A stretch of 64,000 bases of DNA from Candidatus Pelagibacterales bacterium (GTDB taxonomy: Bacteria > Pseudomonadota > Alphaproteobacteria > Pelagibacterales > AG-422-B15), in the NCBI GenBank assembly GCA_045567365.1, contig JBJLDC010000019.1, positions 14,610-78,609 on the forward strand. Reading direction: 5' to 3'. Of this stretch, positions 23,036 through 32,247 are shown piece after piece. Under the pieces are notes generated by a model. The model was given only the letters and a program-made list of their open reading frames with translations, was not told the origin of the DNA and ran no database searches. The first letter of the stretch is position 1. Each line of letters begins with the position of its first letter. The translations under genes and the position numbers were made by a program.

Positions 23036-23884
23036 ATGATGAAAAATTTTAAAAAAAAAGAGATTTCAAAAAAATGGTTCAAACTTTTACGCAACCAAAT
23101 AATCAATGAGTTTGAAAATATAGAAAATCAAAACACTAGTAAAAAATTAAAGTTTAAGAAAAAAAATTGGAAAAGAAAACCTCATCTCAAAAAAGATAAT
23201 GGTGGTGGACAAATGGCAATTATGTATGGAAACATTTTTGAAAAAGTTGGTGTAAATATATCAACAGTTTATGGCTCATTATCTCAAGACTTCAAATCAA
23301 ATCTTCCTGGAACAAATAAAAATTCTAATTTTTGGGCCAGTGGAATTTCAGTTGTAGCTCATATGCAAAACCCTTATTTGCCTTCATTTCATTTTAACAC
23401 ACGAATGATTGAAACTTCAAAAATTTGGTTTGGAGGTGGAATGGATATGACCCCTACTTTTAAGAACTCAAAACATAAAAAAATGTTTCATTCAAATATT
23501 AAAAATATGTGTGATGATCATAATAAAAATTATTATAAAGATTTTTCTAAGTACTGTGACGAATACTTCTATTTGCCGCATAGAAAAGAAGCTCGTGGTG
23601 ATGGAGGTATTTTTTACGATTATCTCAATTCTTCGTCATGGGAAGCTGATTTTAATTTCACAAAGGATGTGGGTTCATGTTTTTTGGATGTAGTTTCAAG
23701 AATTATATCGATGGATATGAGTAAAAATTGGAAAAAAGAACATAAAGAACAGCAAAAAATTAAGCGTGGTCGATATGCTGAGTTTAATTTATTATATGAT
23801 AGAGGAACAAAATTTGGACTTCAAACAGACGGTAATATAGATGCCATATTGATGTCAATGCCTCCTGAAGCAAAATGGATTTAA
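23036..23884 (+). CDS. hemF: Oxygen-dependent coproporphyrinogen III oxidase
   Basis: FEKVGVN, HFNTR, WFGGG.D.TP, RGRYAEFNL.YDRGT. Confidence 0.97.
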   Translation: MMKNFKKKEISKKWFKLLRNQIINEFENIENQNTSKKLKFKKKNWKRKPHLKKDNGGGQMAIMYGNIFEKVGVNISTVYGSLSQDFKSNLPGTNKNSNFWASGISVVAHMQNPYLPSFHFNTRMIETSKIWFGGGMDMTPTFKNSKHKKMFHSNIKNMCDDHNKNYYKDFSKYCDEYFYLPHRKEARGDGGIFYDYLNSSSWEADFNFTKDVGSCFLDVVSRIISMDMSKNWKKEHKEQQKIKRGRYAEFNLLYDRGTKFGLQTDGNIDAILMSMPPEAKWI

Positions 23885-23888
23885 TATT

Positions 23889-24365
23889 ATGACTGAACCA
23901 ATCACTGTTAATGGCGCTCAAAAATTACAAGATGAGCTTAATGATTTAGTTAATAATAAGCGTCAGCAAGTTATTCAAGCTATAGCTGAGGCAAGAGAAC
24001 ATGGTGACCTAAAAGAAAATGCTGAATATCATGCAGCGAAAGAGGAGCAAGGTCATATCGAAAGTCGAATTCAAGAAATCCAGCTATTATTATCAAATGC
24101 TGAAATAATAGATATTACCAAAGTTGAGCAAAAAACGAAAACTATAGTTTTTGGATCAACTGTTGAACTATCAGATCTCGATGATGAGACAAAAGTAAAA
24201 TATCAAATAGTAGGAAATGATGAAGCAGATATTGAAAAAGGACTTATATCTTTTAAATCTCCCGTTGCATCAGCACTGATTGGAAAAGAAAAAGGTGACT
24301 TCGTATCCGTTTCAACTCCCAAAGGTGAAAAAAGTTATGAAGTAATAAAAATAATTTATAAATAG
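23889..24365 (+). CDS. greA: Transcription elongation factor GreA
   Basis: HGDLKENAEYHAAKE; IS..SPVA.ALIG. Confidence 0.98.
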   Translation: MTEPITVNGAQKLQDELNDLVNNKRQQVIQAIAEAREHGDLKENAEYHAAKEEQGHIESRIQEIQLLLSNAEIIDITKVEQKTKTIVFGSTVELSDLDDETKVKYQIVGNDEADIEKGLISFKSPVASALIGKEKGDFVSVSTPKGEKSYEVIKIIYK

Positions 24366-25592
24366 TTATTTGTAAGATAAACAAATTGCTTTTAATCTCT
24401 CAAAAATTGAATATTCATCATCAATAAAATCACTATCGATCCACCACTCTTCTAACTCAGATAAGATTTTGCCTACTAATGGACCTTCTTCAATTCCCAT
24501 TCGAATTATATCGTTTGCGCCAAAAGAAAATTTTGGTTGCTGGAAATTTTTGGCAACTTCATAAAGGGTATGCCAGTTGAGATCATTTTTTTGATTGGAA
24601 TCTTTAATCCAATTTAAGATTACAAAGTTTTGAAATTTTTCTATACCTAAACGATATAATTTAGCTCGTGACTCTTTAATTGATAAATATGACTTAATTG
24701 ATAAATCTAAATTTATAAAAGTTCTTAAATTTTCTGCCTCTTCATTACTGATAGGAAATTGTTCTATAAAATTATTCGCATTGTACTCTGAACTTTCAAG
24801 TAAAATTGAAAACTTTAATAAATAATCAATAGGCTTGTTTATCTTATTTTCAATGTATGAAATTTTTAAATAATCCTTAATAAACGAAATATCTTTTGAT
24901 ATTTCAATTAAAATGTTGGCCTCATTCATCATTGAAAGAGATTTAAAAGAATTATTTTGATTTATAATCTTTTTTAACTCAGTCCAAATTCTTTCTTTAG
25001 AAATTTTACTAAAGTTTTTTGATCCTTCTTTGAATACTTTCTTTAAATTTGCATCGATCTCAAAATTAGAAAAGTCTGCATAAAATCTAAAATATCTTAA
25101 TATCCTTAAATAATCCTCTTTTACTCTATCGTTGGCACTACCAATAAACTTCAGATTTCTGTTTTCTATATCATCTATACCATTGTGAAAATCAAAGAGT
25201 TCCCCATCTCGATTTGCATATATTGCATTTATCGTAAAATCTCTTCTTAAAGAGTCAGCTTTTATATCTGAGGTATACTTAACTTTTGCGTGCCTTCCGT
25301 CCGTTTCGATATCCTCTCTTAATGATGTTATTTCATAGTTTTTTGAATCAATTACTGCAGTGACCGTTCCATAATTAATTCCAATATCGTAAAATTTTAT
25401 ATTATTATTCGATAGAGTTTTAACAACTTCTTCTGGATCAATATCTATTGCAAAATCTATATCTGTAACTTCTTTACCTGATAAAGTATCTCGAATACAG
25501 CCACCGACTAGATAAATACCTTGATTATTATTAAATAAATTAAAGATAGTCTTAACTTCTGGCAGTTTGATAAGTTCATTTACTTTTTTCAT
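24366..25592 (-). CDS. cca: CCA tRNA nucleotidyltransferase (class II)
   Basis: VGGCIRD, DIDFA, RRDFTINA, EDYLRILR. Confidence 0.92.
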   Translation of the reverse strand: MKKVNELIKLPEVKTIFNLFNNNQGIYLVGGCIRDTLSGKEVTDIDFAIDIDPEEVVKTLSNNNIKFYDIGINYGTVTAVIDSKNYEITSLREDIETDGRHAKVKYTSDIKADSLRRDFTINAIYANRDGELFDFHNGIDDIENRNLKFIGSANDRVKEDYLRILRYFRFYADFSNFEIDANLKKVFKEGSKNFSKISKERIWTELKKIINQNNSFKSLSMMNEANILIEISKDISFIKDYLKISYIENKINKPIDYLLKFSILLESSEYNANNFIEQFPISNEEAENLRTFINLDLSIKSYLSIKESRAKLYRLGIEKFQNFVILNWIKDSNQKNDLNWHTLYEVAKNFQQPKFSFGANDIIRMGIEEGPLVGKILSELEEWWIDSDFIDDEYSIFERLKAICLSYK

Positions 25593-26218
25593 TTTAACTT
25601 ACTCATAAGAACATCGTAAAGATTTATCAACATACCAGCTGTTGCACCCCAAATATAATTTTCTTCATATTGTATAACATTAAAATCATAATCATATGAT
25701 CTATCACCTTGTTTAAAAGATTTTATCTCACGTGAATGATTTTTTGAGTCCATTAGAAATCTAAGTGGTAGAAAAAAAATGCTATCAACTTCTTCATGGT
25801 TTATATTAAATTTAGTCTGGTGATCAATCATTGCTAGAATTGGCATTATTCTAAAACCTGTGCCAGTTTGATAAGCGTCTAAACATCCTAAAATATTAAT
25901 ATTTTTGCTCTCTATTCCTACTTCTTCATAACTTTCACGAGTAGCGGTGTCTACTGGAGATATGTCAGTTGAATCTATTCTTCCTCCAGGAAAACTTACT
26001 TGACCTGCATGGTCCTCTAAATGTGCAGATCTATTGGTTAGTAAAATATTGATTTCACCATTTAAGTCTAAAAATGGAACAAGCACTGATGCTTTTGTCA
26101 GACTCAAGCTTATCCCAGAATCGATACACTCTTTTTCAAAATAATCATGAGATAACTTTTTATTTTGAGATAAAAAATAAACTAGATCTTCTCTTCTTAT
26201 ATTATTTTTATAATTCAT
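25589..26218 (-). CDS. Nudix CoA pyrophosphatase (NudL family)
   Basis: HAGQVSFPGG, RESYEEVG Nudix box, IWGATA. Confidence 0.92.
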   Translation of the reverse strand: MNYKNNIRREDLVYFLSQNKKLSHDYFEKECIDSGISLSLTKASVLVPFLDLNGEINILLTNRSAHLEDHAGQVSFPGGRIDSTDISPVDTATRESYEEVGIESKNINILGCLDAYQTGTGFRIMPILAMIDHQTKFNINHEEVDSIFFLPLRFLMDSKNHSREIKSFKQGDRSYDYDFNVIQYEENYIWGATAGMLINLYDVLMSKLK

Positions 26219-26780
26219 ATAGTTTAAAATAGTTATTATTACTTAAAAGCGCTAAACATTTTTTACTTTCTATGTTTACTTCTTCAGCATTATCAATAAT
26301 TTCATAATAGACTGACCTTGAAATTAAAGCCTTAAGATTTCTTCTTACAGTAATATATGGCTTAGGATGATTTTTTTCATTTATGTTTATTTCTATTGGA
26401 GCTTTACTTGAAAGCTCAATTTTTTCATGAGTATTAGTGTAAAAATAATAACCAGTATCACCATTACTTATAATTTTTTCCATTGAGATAATAAAAAAAG
26501 GAGCATCTTCAACTTCAATTTTTAATTTCTCTACAGGGGTTACTAGATAATAATTTCCATCATCATCAAGTCTTAAAACACTTGAAAATAATTTAACTAA
26601 AGCAGGTCTTTTTATTTCTGAACCCATATATAGCCATTTACCATTTTGAAGTATTTTGATGTCTATTTCTCCACAATAGTCTGGGTTCCAAGTTTCGACT
26701 GGAGGGTTTTTGTGCTTTGTATTTTTTGCATGACTATAGATAGTTTCTAAGCCTTTTGGAAAATCATCAATATTGGTCAT
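26208..26780 (-). CDS. DUF1285 family protein
   Basis: PPVETWNP..CG.ID..I...G.W.Y.G, LVTPVEK, VEDAPF; synteny with the Nudix gene. Confidence 0.85.
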   Translation of the reverse strand: MTNIDDFPKGLETIYSHAKNTKHKNPPVETWNPDYCGEIDIKILQNGKWLYMGSEIKRPALVKLFSSVLRLDDDGNYYLVTPVEKLKIEVEDAPFFIISMEKIISNGDTGYYFYTNTHEKIELSSKAPIEININEKNHPKPYITVRRNLKALISRSVYYEIIDNAEEVNIESKKCLALLSNNNYFKLYEL

Positions 26781-26782
26781 TA

Positions 26783-27271
26783 TTAAGTTAGCTCTATCTT
26801 TTCTAATTTATTAAGTTTCATCTCTTTATCTAAACTTAATATAAGAACTCTGTTTGGATTAACAGGCCCAACTAAATTTAGTGGTTGTGAGATTTGTTTA
26901 AAATTAAATCTTCTATAATAATCAATGTCACCAACCAAAACTATGAAGTTATACTTTTTACTTTTTTTAATTAATTTAATAGTAGTTTCTACTAAAGCAA
27001 CTCCATACCCTTTTCCATCATGTCCCGGCTTTACTGCAAGTGGCCCCAAAAGAAGGCCCTTATTTATGTTATTAATAAATATTTGACTAAATGAAATACT
27101 TGCTAATAGCTGTTTATTGTCTTGGTATATATATGAATATTCTGAAATTAGATTATGTTTTTCCCGATATCTATATGCAGTTCTAGCATAACGTCCTGGA
27201 CCAAAAGCTTCGTCTAGAAGTTTTTCAATATTTTTAAGATCCTTATCATGTGCTAATCTGATATTTTTCAT
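26783..27271 (-). CDS. GNAT family N-acetyltransferase
   Basis: AFGPGR..RTAY..R, LGPLAV, GKGYG, LVGD..YY.RF. Confidence 0.88.
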   Translation of the reverse strand: MKNIRLAHDKDLKNIEKLLDEAFGPGRYARTAYRYREKHNLISEYSYIYQDNKQLLASISFSQIFINNINKGLLLGPLAVKPGHDGKGYGVALVETTIKLIKKSKKYNFIVLVGDIDYYRRFNFKQISQPLNLVGPVNPNRVLILSLDKEMKLNKLEKIELT

Positions 27272-27349
27272 AATAAATAATAAGTGTATAAAAATAAATT
27301 TAAATCAGTATGATTTTATATTTAAAATTTACTATTTGGGAGAGTTTTT

Positions 27350-27805
27350 ATGAAAACAGTTGATGTTAATGAGTTAGAAAACATTAAAGGACAAGATCTG
27401 GGTCATTCTGACTGGATGGCAATTGAACAAGATAGGATAAATCAATTTGCAGATGCAACTGGAGATCATCAATGGATTCATTTAGATGCTGAAAAAGCAG
27501 CAAAGGAGTTACCTACAAAATCTACAATTGCTCATGGCTTTCTTAGCCTGTCATTAATAGTACCTTTAGCAGCACAAGTATGGTCGATTACAGGAGCAAA
27601 AATGATGATCAATTACGGGCTTAATAAAGTAAGATTTATCAATATGGTGCCCGTAGGTTCAAGAGTTCGATTAGGAGTAAAAATATCTGAAGTAAACAAG
27701 CTTGATAATGGTGGAACACAGGTTATTTCAGAGACAACGCTTGAGATTGATGGTCAGGATAAGCCTGCTTATGTAGCTGAGTCTATTATGGTTGCATTTC
27801 CTTAG
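27350..27805 (+). CDS. MaoC family (R)-hydratase/dehydratase
   Basis: FADATGDHQWIH hydratase motif, TIAHG, NYGLNKVRF. Confidence 0.92.
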   Translation: MKTVDVNELENIKGQDLGHSDWMAIEQDRINQFADATGDHQWIHLDAEKAAKELPTKSTIAHGFLSLSLIVPLAAQVWSITGAKMMINYGLNKVRFINMVPVGSRVRLGVKISEVNKLDNGGTQVISETTLEIDGQDKPAYVAESIMVAFP

Positions 27806-27816
27806 AGGTAAGTAAA

Positions 27817-28659
27817 GTGCCTGATAAGTCTTATCCAGACACAGATGCGTATGGAGCTCTCAGCAACAAAAAAGAGGTAAAAGTTTTATCTTGGAATATC
27901 TGGTGGAAATTTGAAGATTACTTAAATCGTCAATCACTAATATTTAATGAACTTACAAAAGCTAAGCCCGATATATTATGTCTCCAAGAGGTATGGGAAG
28001 ACAAAGACGGAAGCCAAGCTAAGAAAATTGCAGATTTATTTGGGTATGATTATTATTGCTATGCAAAATCATTTGACTTTGATGAAGTATCATTTGGAAA
28101 TGCTATAATTTCAAAATATCCAATAAATAATTATACATCTTATCTTATACCCACAGAAAAAGAATTTAATGAAAATCGTAATCTACTTCATGCAGAAATT
28201 ATGTATGAAAATAATAAGATGAATATATTTTGCACGCATCTAAATTATAAATACGATCAAAGCGATATTCGTAAAAAACAAGTTACATATATTCTAGAAT
28301 ATATGAGCAAATTAGATAAAACAGAATTCCCAAGCATTTTATGTGGTGATTTTAATGCTGACCCTAATAGTGACGAAATAAGATTACTTTTAGGTCTTTC
28401 TTCACCAATTAATAGAACTGTTTTAAGAGACTCTTGGCAATTAGTTAATCCAGACGATCATGGGTATACTTGGTCTAATGAAAATAATTTTGCCAGAAAA
28501 ACTTTAGAACCGGATAGAAGAATTGATTATATATTTGTTGGCGCGCCAGGCAAAAATGGACTCGGCCATCCTTTAGAGTCATGCCTAATAGGCAATATAG
28601 AAAAAGATGGACTGTATCCAAGTGATCATTTTGGTATAATGACTCGTTTTGAGGGATAG
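27817..28659 (+). CDS. Endonuclease/exonuclease/phosphatase (EEP) family protein
   Basis: SWNI, LQEV, THL, GDFN, RIDYIF, PSDH. Confidence 0.9.
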   Translation: MPDKSYPDTDAYGALSNKKEVKVLSWNIWWKFEDYLNRQSLIFNELTKAKPDILCLQEVWEDKDGSQAKKIADLFGYDYYCYAKSFDFDEVSFGNAIISKYPINNYTSYLIPTEKEFNENRNLLHAEIMYENNKMNIFCTHLNYKYDQSDIRKKQVTYILEYMSKLDKTEFPSILCGDFNADPNSDEIRLLLGLSSPINRTVLRDSWQLVNPDDHGYTWSNENNFARKTLEPDRRIDYIFVGAPGKNGLGHPLESCLIGNIEKDGLYPSDHFGIMTRFEG

Positions 28660-28661
28660 GT

Positions 28662-29039
28662 ATGAATATTTTATTAATAATTTTTTTAGGTGGAGGAACT
28701 GGAGCTACCTTTAGATATTTAATTTCTGAACTAGTTAACAAATTAATTCCAACAAGTATTGGTTACGGTACTATCAGTGTAAACCTAATTGGCGCATTTT
28801 TAATGGGAGCATTATTCTACTTCATTTCCTCAAAGCTTTTAATCAATGAACAAGTAAAAATCTTTCTTACTATTGGTTTCTTGGGTGGTTTTACAACGTT
28901 TTCTAGTTTTAATTTAGATTTTTATAATTTAATAGAAGCATCCAATTACCTTCAGGCAATTATTTACTTATCGATATCAGTAATTGGCTCAATAATTTTA
29001 TTTTTTGTTGGGTTGAATTTAGTAAAATTTTTATTTTAA
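28662..29039 (+). CDS. crcB: Fluoride efflux channel CrcB/FluC
   Basis: GG..GA..RY, GT..VN..G, GFLGGFTTFSSF. Confidence 0.94.
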   Translation: MNILLIIFLGGGTGATFRYLISELVNKLIPTSIGYGTISVNLIGAFLMGALFYFISSKLLINEQVKIFLTIGFLGGFTTFSSFNLDFYNLIEASNYLQAIIYLSISVIGSIILFFVGLNLVKFLF

Positions 29040-29590
29040 TTTTTTTTACGTTTTTCTATCATGTAATCCGCCAAACCCTGGTAACCTTTTTGAATCATCA
29101 TTCTTACAGATGCCGAATTCATATTATCATTTAGTGGCGGAATATTGTGGGCTTTAACTGTTGTATTCATATATTGAGCAGCACTACAAATAGCAATTAC
29201 TTCGGAGATAACATTTTCTGGAAATCCATTTGATAAAACTTCATCTACATCATTTTGACTAATAGAAGATAAATCCTCATTTACTTTATATGAGAATTTT
29301 AAGATTGATTTATATTCCTCTTCTATGGTTGCCATTGAAATATCTTCAAGAGGCGATGAAGTTTTTATTTGATTAATTAACTCTTTAGCAATTTCGGCAT
29401 GAATATTTTTACAGTAGACACATCCATTTAGACTTGAAATATAACCAAATATCATTTCCTTAATGTGAATTGGTAATATTGTTTCATTATATAAAAGTTT
29501 TTCTAAAAACATTACATAATGAGATTGATAATCCCAGTTATCTAAAAAAACATTATAGACAGATTTATATTTATCTAAAAAATTACTCAT
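29036..29590 (-). CDS. AhpD/carboxymuconolactone decarboxylase family protein
   Basis: EMI...S..NGCVYC...H motif. Confidence 0.82.
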   Translation of the reverse strand: MSNFLDKYKSVYNVFLDNWDYQSHYVMFLEKLLYNETILPIHIKEMIFGYISSLNGCVYCKNIHAEIAKELINQIKTSSPLEDISMATIEEEYKSILKFSYKVNEDLSSISQNDVDEVLSNGFPENVISEVIAICSAAQYMNTTVKAHNIPPLNDNMNSASVRMMIQKGYQGLADYMIEKRKKN

Positions 29591-29601
29591 ATTTAATCAT
29601 T

Positions 29602-29677
29602 TGGCTGGGGCGGAAGGATTCGAACCTTCGAAATGCCGCTACCAAAAAGCGGTGCCTTACCACTTGGCTACGCCCCA
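29602..29677 (-). tRNA. tRNA-Gln (TTG)
   Basis: Cloverleaf TGGGGCG...CCGCT-TTTTGGT-AGCGG...GAAGG-TTCGAAT-CCTTC-CGCCCCA-G-CCA; U1-A72 pair; encoded CCA. Confidence 0.96.
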
Positions 29678-29724
29678 ATTAATTGCTTAATTACATTTAG
29701 TTTAACATCTTTAGAATGCAAGAA

Positions 29725-30558
29725 TTATATTATTTTAGATTGATAGATCCACCAATCTGGGTAGTGCCTTTTTAGAGTATTTGCCGCCTCTTGAGCTAAA
29801 TCTTTTTCATCAAAAACAGCAAAACAACAAGATCCACTTCCTGTCATTCTTGAATATAATGAACCTTTCATCGATGCAAGCTTGTCAATAATGTATTTTA
29901 TATCTGGGCAAAGTCCGATAGCTGCAGCTTGCAATGAATTAGATGATAACTGCATAATATTATCAAAGTCATAATCTTCTTTATCTAAAGCGATCTGGTT
30001 TTCAGTGTCGAACTGACTATTATTTCTGTACACTTTCTCAGTTGATAAAGTAAAATTTGGATAAACTAATAAAAGATAAAATTCTTTAAAAGTATTTATC
30101 CTACGAAGTACATTTCCTTTTCCAATAATTATTGCTGGAGCTGTATCAAAAAAAAACTCTATATCAGACCCTAATTCTCTAGCAATATTTAAAGCCTCAT
30201 TATATTTGATTATCTTTTTGGAACATAGAAAATTCAATATAGCAGCTATGTTACTTGAGCCTCCTCCTAATCCAGCGCCTACAGGAATATTTTTTGTAAT
30301 ATTAATAGAATACTTATCTGATTTTATAAAATTTTTTTTTATCAAAAAATCAAATAATATTTGAATATTGTTTTGATTTATTTCATTAGAAAATTCACCT
30401 GAAAAATTTATGTTTAAAGATGCAGACTCTTTTATTATTATTTCATCATGCAGATCAATAAGTGTAAGGATAGATTTAATATTATGAAAGCCATCATTTT
30501 CTTTGGATAAGACATCCAGAAAAAGATTTATCTTAGCGGGTGATTTCAAAAGTTCCAT
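29725..30558 (-). CDS. ispE: 4-diphosphocytidyl-2-C-methyl-D-erythritol kinase
   Basis: PAKINLFL, KNIPVGAGLGGGSS, MTGSGS. Confidence 0.95.
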   Translation of the reverse strand: MELLKSPAKINLFLDVLSKENDGFHNIKSILTLIDLHDEIIIKESASLNINFSGEFSNEINQNNIQILFDFLIKKNFIKSDKYSINITKNIPVGAGLGGGSSNIAAILNFLCSKKIIKYNEALNIARELGSDIEFFFDTAPAIIIGKGNVLRRINTFKEFYLLLVYPNFTLSTEKVYRNNSQFDTENQIALDKEDYDFDNIMQLSSNSLQAAAIGLCPDIKYIIDKLASMKGSLYSRMTGSGSCCFAVFDEKDLAQEAANTLKRHYPDWWIYQSKII

Positions 30559-30561
30559 TTA

Positions 30562-32235
30562 TTAGAGTCCAAGAATAAGTTTTTTCCGTATTCTCTTAGA
30601 AACAATTTTATCTTCATTAATATCAAGAGCTTTTCGCCATTGATATCTAGCTTGAGAAAATTTTCCTACCTTCCATAAAACATCTCCAAAATGATCATTG
30701 ATCGTCGGATCACTTGGATCTATCAAAATTGCATATTCAAATAATTGTAATGACTCATTAAATTTACCAACTTTAAAATAATACCATGCCATACTATCCA
30801 AAATGTAAGCATCATCAGGTTTTTGTTTTAGCGCTTCTTCAAGCATCTTTCTGGCATCTTCAAATTTTGGAGTGATATTCAAATCTAAATATGTATATCC
30901 TAAATAATTAAGTACATCAGGCTGAAAACTTGAATAATTCAAAGCTTTTAAAAGATATTCCTCAGCTTTTTTCCAATCTTTTTTTCTTTCATATGATATT
31001 CCAATTTTATAATATGCATCCCATAAGTTAAAACCGGGGTCATTTTTCTTTTTTTCAATAGCTTTCTTATACGTATCTATTGCTGCATCCCATTGAGATT
31101 CATATCTATGTAAGTTTCCTAGGGTTATAAGTCCTTGAAAACTATTTTTTAGTAAATCATTATTCATCAAATAGTTTTCAGCTTTTTGATTATCACCACT
31201 CATAGAATAAATATTAACAATTTTTAATGCTGTTATTTCAGAAAGATAATTATCTGCTGGAATGCTCTTAAATATTTTAATAGCAGTTTGATAATCAGAT
31301 AATGAAATAAAAGTATCTGCTAATACAAACTTATTTTCTATAAAGTGATTTGAAATTGCTGAGGCTAAATTGATAATAAAAAACTTTTGATTATCATTTA
31401 TGTCTGTCAATAATTCATAAGTATTGAATAAAGCTACTGATATACCATCTATTTCACTACTGATTATTCTTTGAGGCTTAAATTTTGTAAGCCTTTTAAT
31501 AAAATCTTGATCATACCCTGATAAGTATTTCTCAATTATTTGCTTTTTCTTTTCTATTTTATTATTTCTATCAAGAAAACTTAAATAGAGATTAATTATA
31601 TATATTTCACTATTAAGAACCAATGATTGATCAAAATATACTTCCGCTAATTCTACCTCGTTAGCTAAATCATAAATTAGGGCTTTATGAAAAATTGTTA
31701 TGAATTGATAATCATTAGAATTTATTGAATCAATTAACTCTATACTTTTGTTAAAATTTTTCTTATTAGCCCAGCTCCAAGCATCTAGAATCCTAGCAAA
31801 ATTTATCTGAGTAACATTTTTTAGGTAGAAGTTATTAAAATTATTTGACGCTTCACCAATGTTTCCTTTTGAGATGTTATAAATTCCTTTTACTAATTGA
31901 GCTTGAAATTCGATATTATTTCTACATCTTTGATAAAGACTTGTAACACATTCCAATTGTAATATTTTTTCAGCATATTTATTAGCTAAGGATAAATTAC
32001 CCTTCATTGTTTCAATGAAAATTAATTTTTCAAGGATCTCTTGTTTATATGGATTAATGCTATGAACTTTTTTCAGATATTCATAAGAAGTATCATAATC
32101 ATTTATATTGATTGAAATATTAGCAATTAAATACTCGCCAGAATTAGAACTATTGCCAGCCGAAAAAAAAGCGGTGCTCTGATTTATAGATATTAAAAAA
32201 AATATAATAGAAATATAGATAGCTTTTTTATGCAC
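30562..32235 (-). CDS. Exported tetratricopeptide repeat protein
   Basis: Signal peptide; VLNYLGY, ILDS..W, DHFGDVLW..G TPRs; conserved position between ETF-QO and ispE. Confidence 0.87.
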   Translation of the reverse strand: MHKKAIYISIIFFLISINQSTAFFSAGNSSNSGEYLIANISININDYDTSYEYLKKVHSINPYKQEILEKLIFIETMKGNLSLANKYAEKILQLECVTSLYQRCRNNIEFQAQLVKGIYNISKGNIGEASNNFNNFYLKNVTQINFARILDAWSWANKKNFNKSIELIDSINSNDYQFITIFHKALIYDLANEVELAEVYFDQSLVLNSEIYIINLYLSFLDRNNKIEKKKQIIEKYLSGYDQDFIKRLTKFKPQRIISSEIDGISVALFNTYELLTDINDNQKFFIINLASAISNHFIENKFVLADTFISLSDYQTAIKIFKSIPADNYLSEITALKIVNIYSMSGDNQKAENYLMNNDLLKNSFQGLITLGNLHRYESQWDAAIDTYKKAIEKKKNDPGFNLWDAYYKIGISYERKKDWKKAEEYLLKALNYSSFQPDVLNYLGYTYLDLNITPKFEDARKMLEEALKQKPDDAYILDSMAWYYFKVGKFNESLQLFEYAILIDPSDPTINDHFGDVLWKVGKFSQARYQWRKALDINEDKIVSKRIRKKLILGL

Positions 32236-32247
32236 TAATATACATCA

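Noticed and set aside
27272-27349. Possible fluoride riboswitch for the crcB unit
   Set aside because: No GGCGATGG-like core; the spacer is almost all A/T.
29630-29635. 6-nt variable loop in tRNA-Gln
   Set aside because: One extra base in a T run; a minor variant or homopolymer error, with all stems intact.
29470-29682. 70-aa ORF
   Set aside because: Antisense to tRNA-Gln and the AhpD-like gene.
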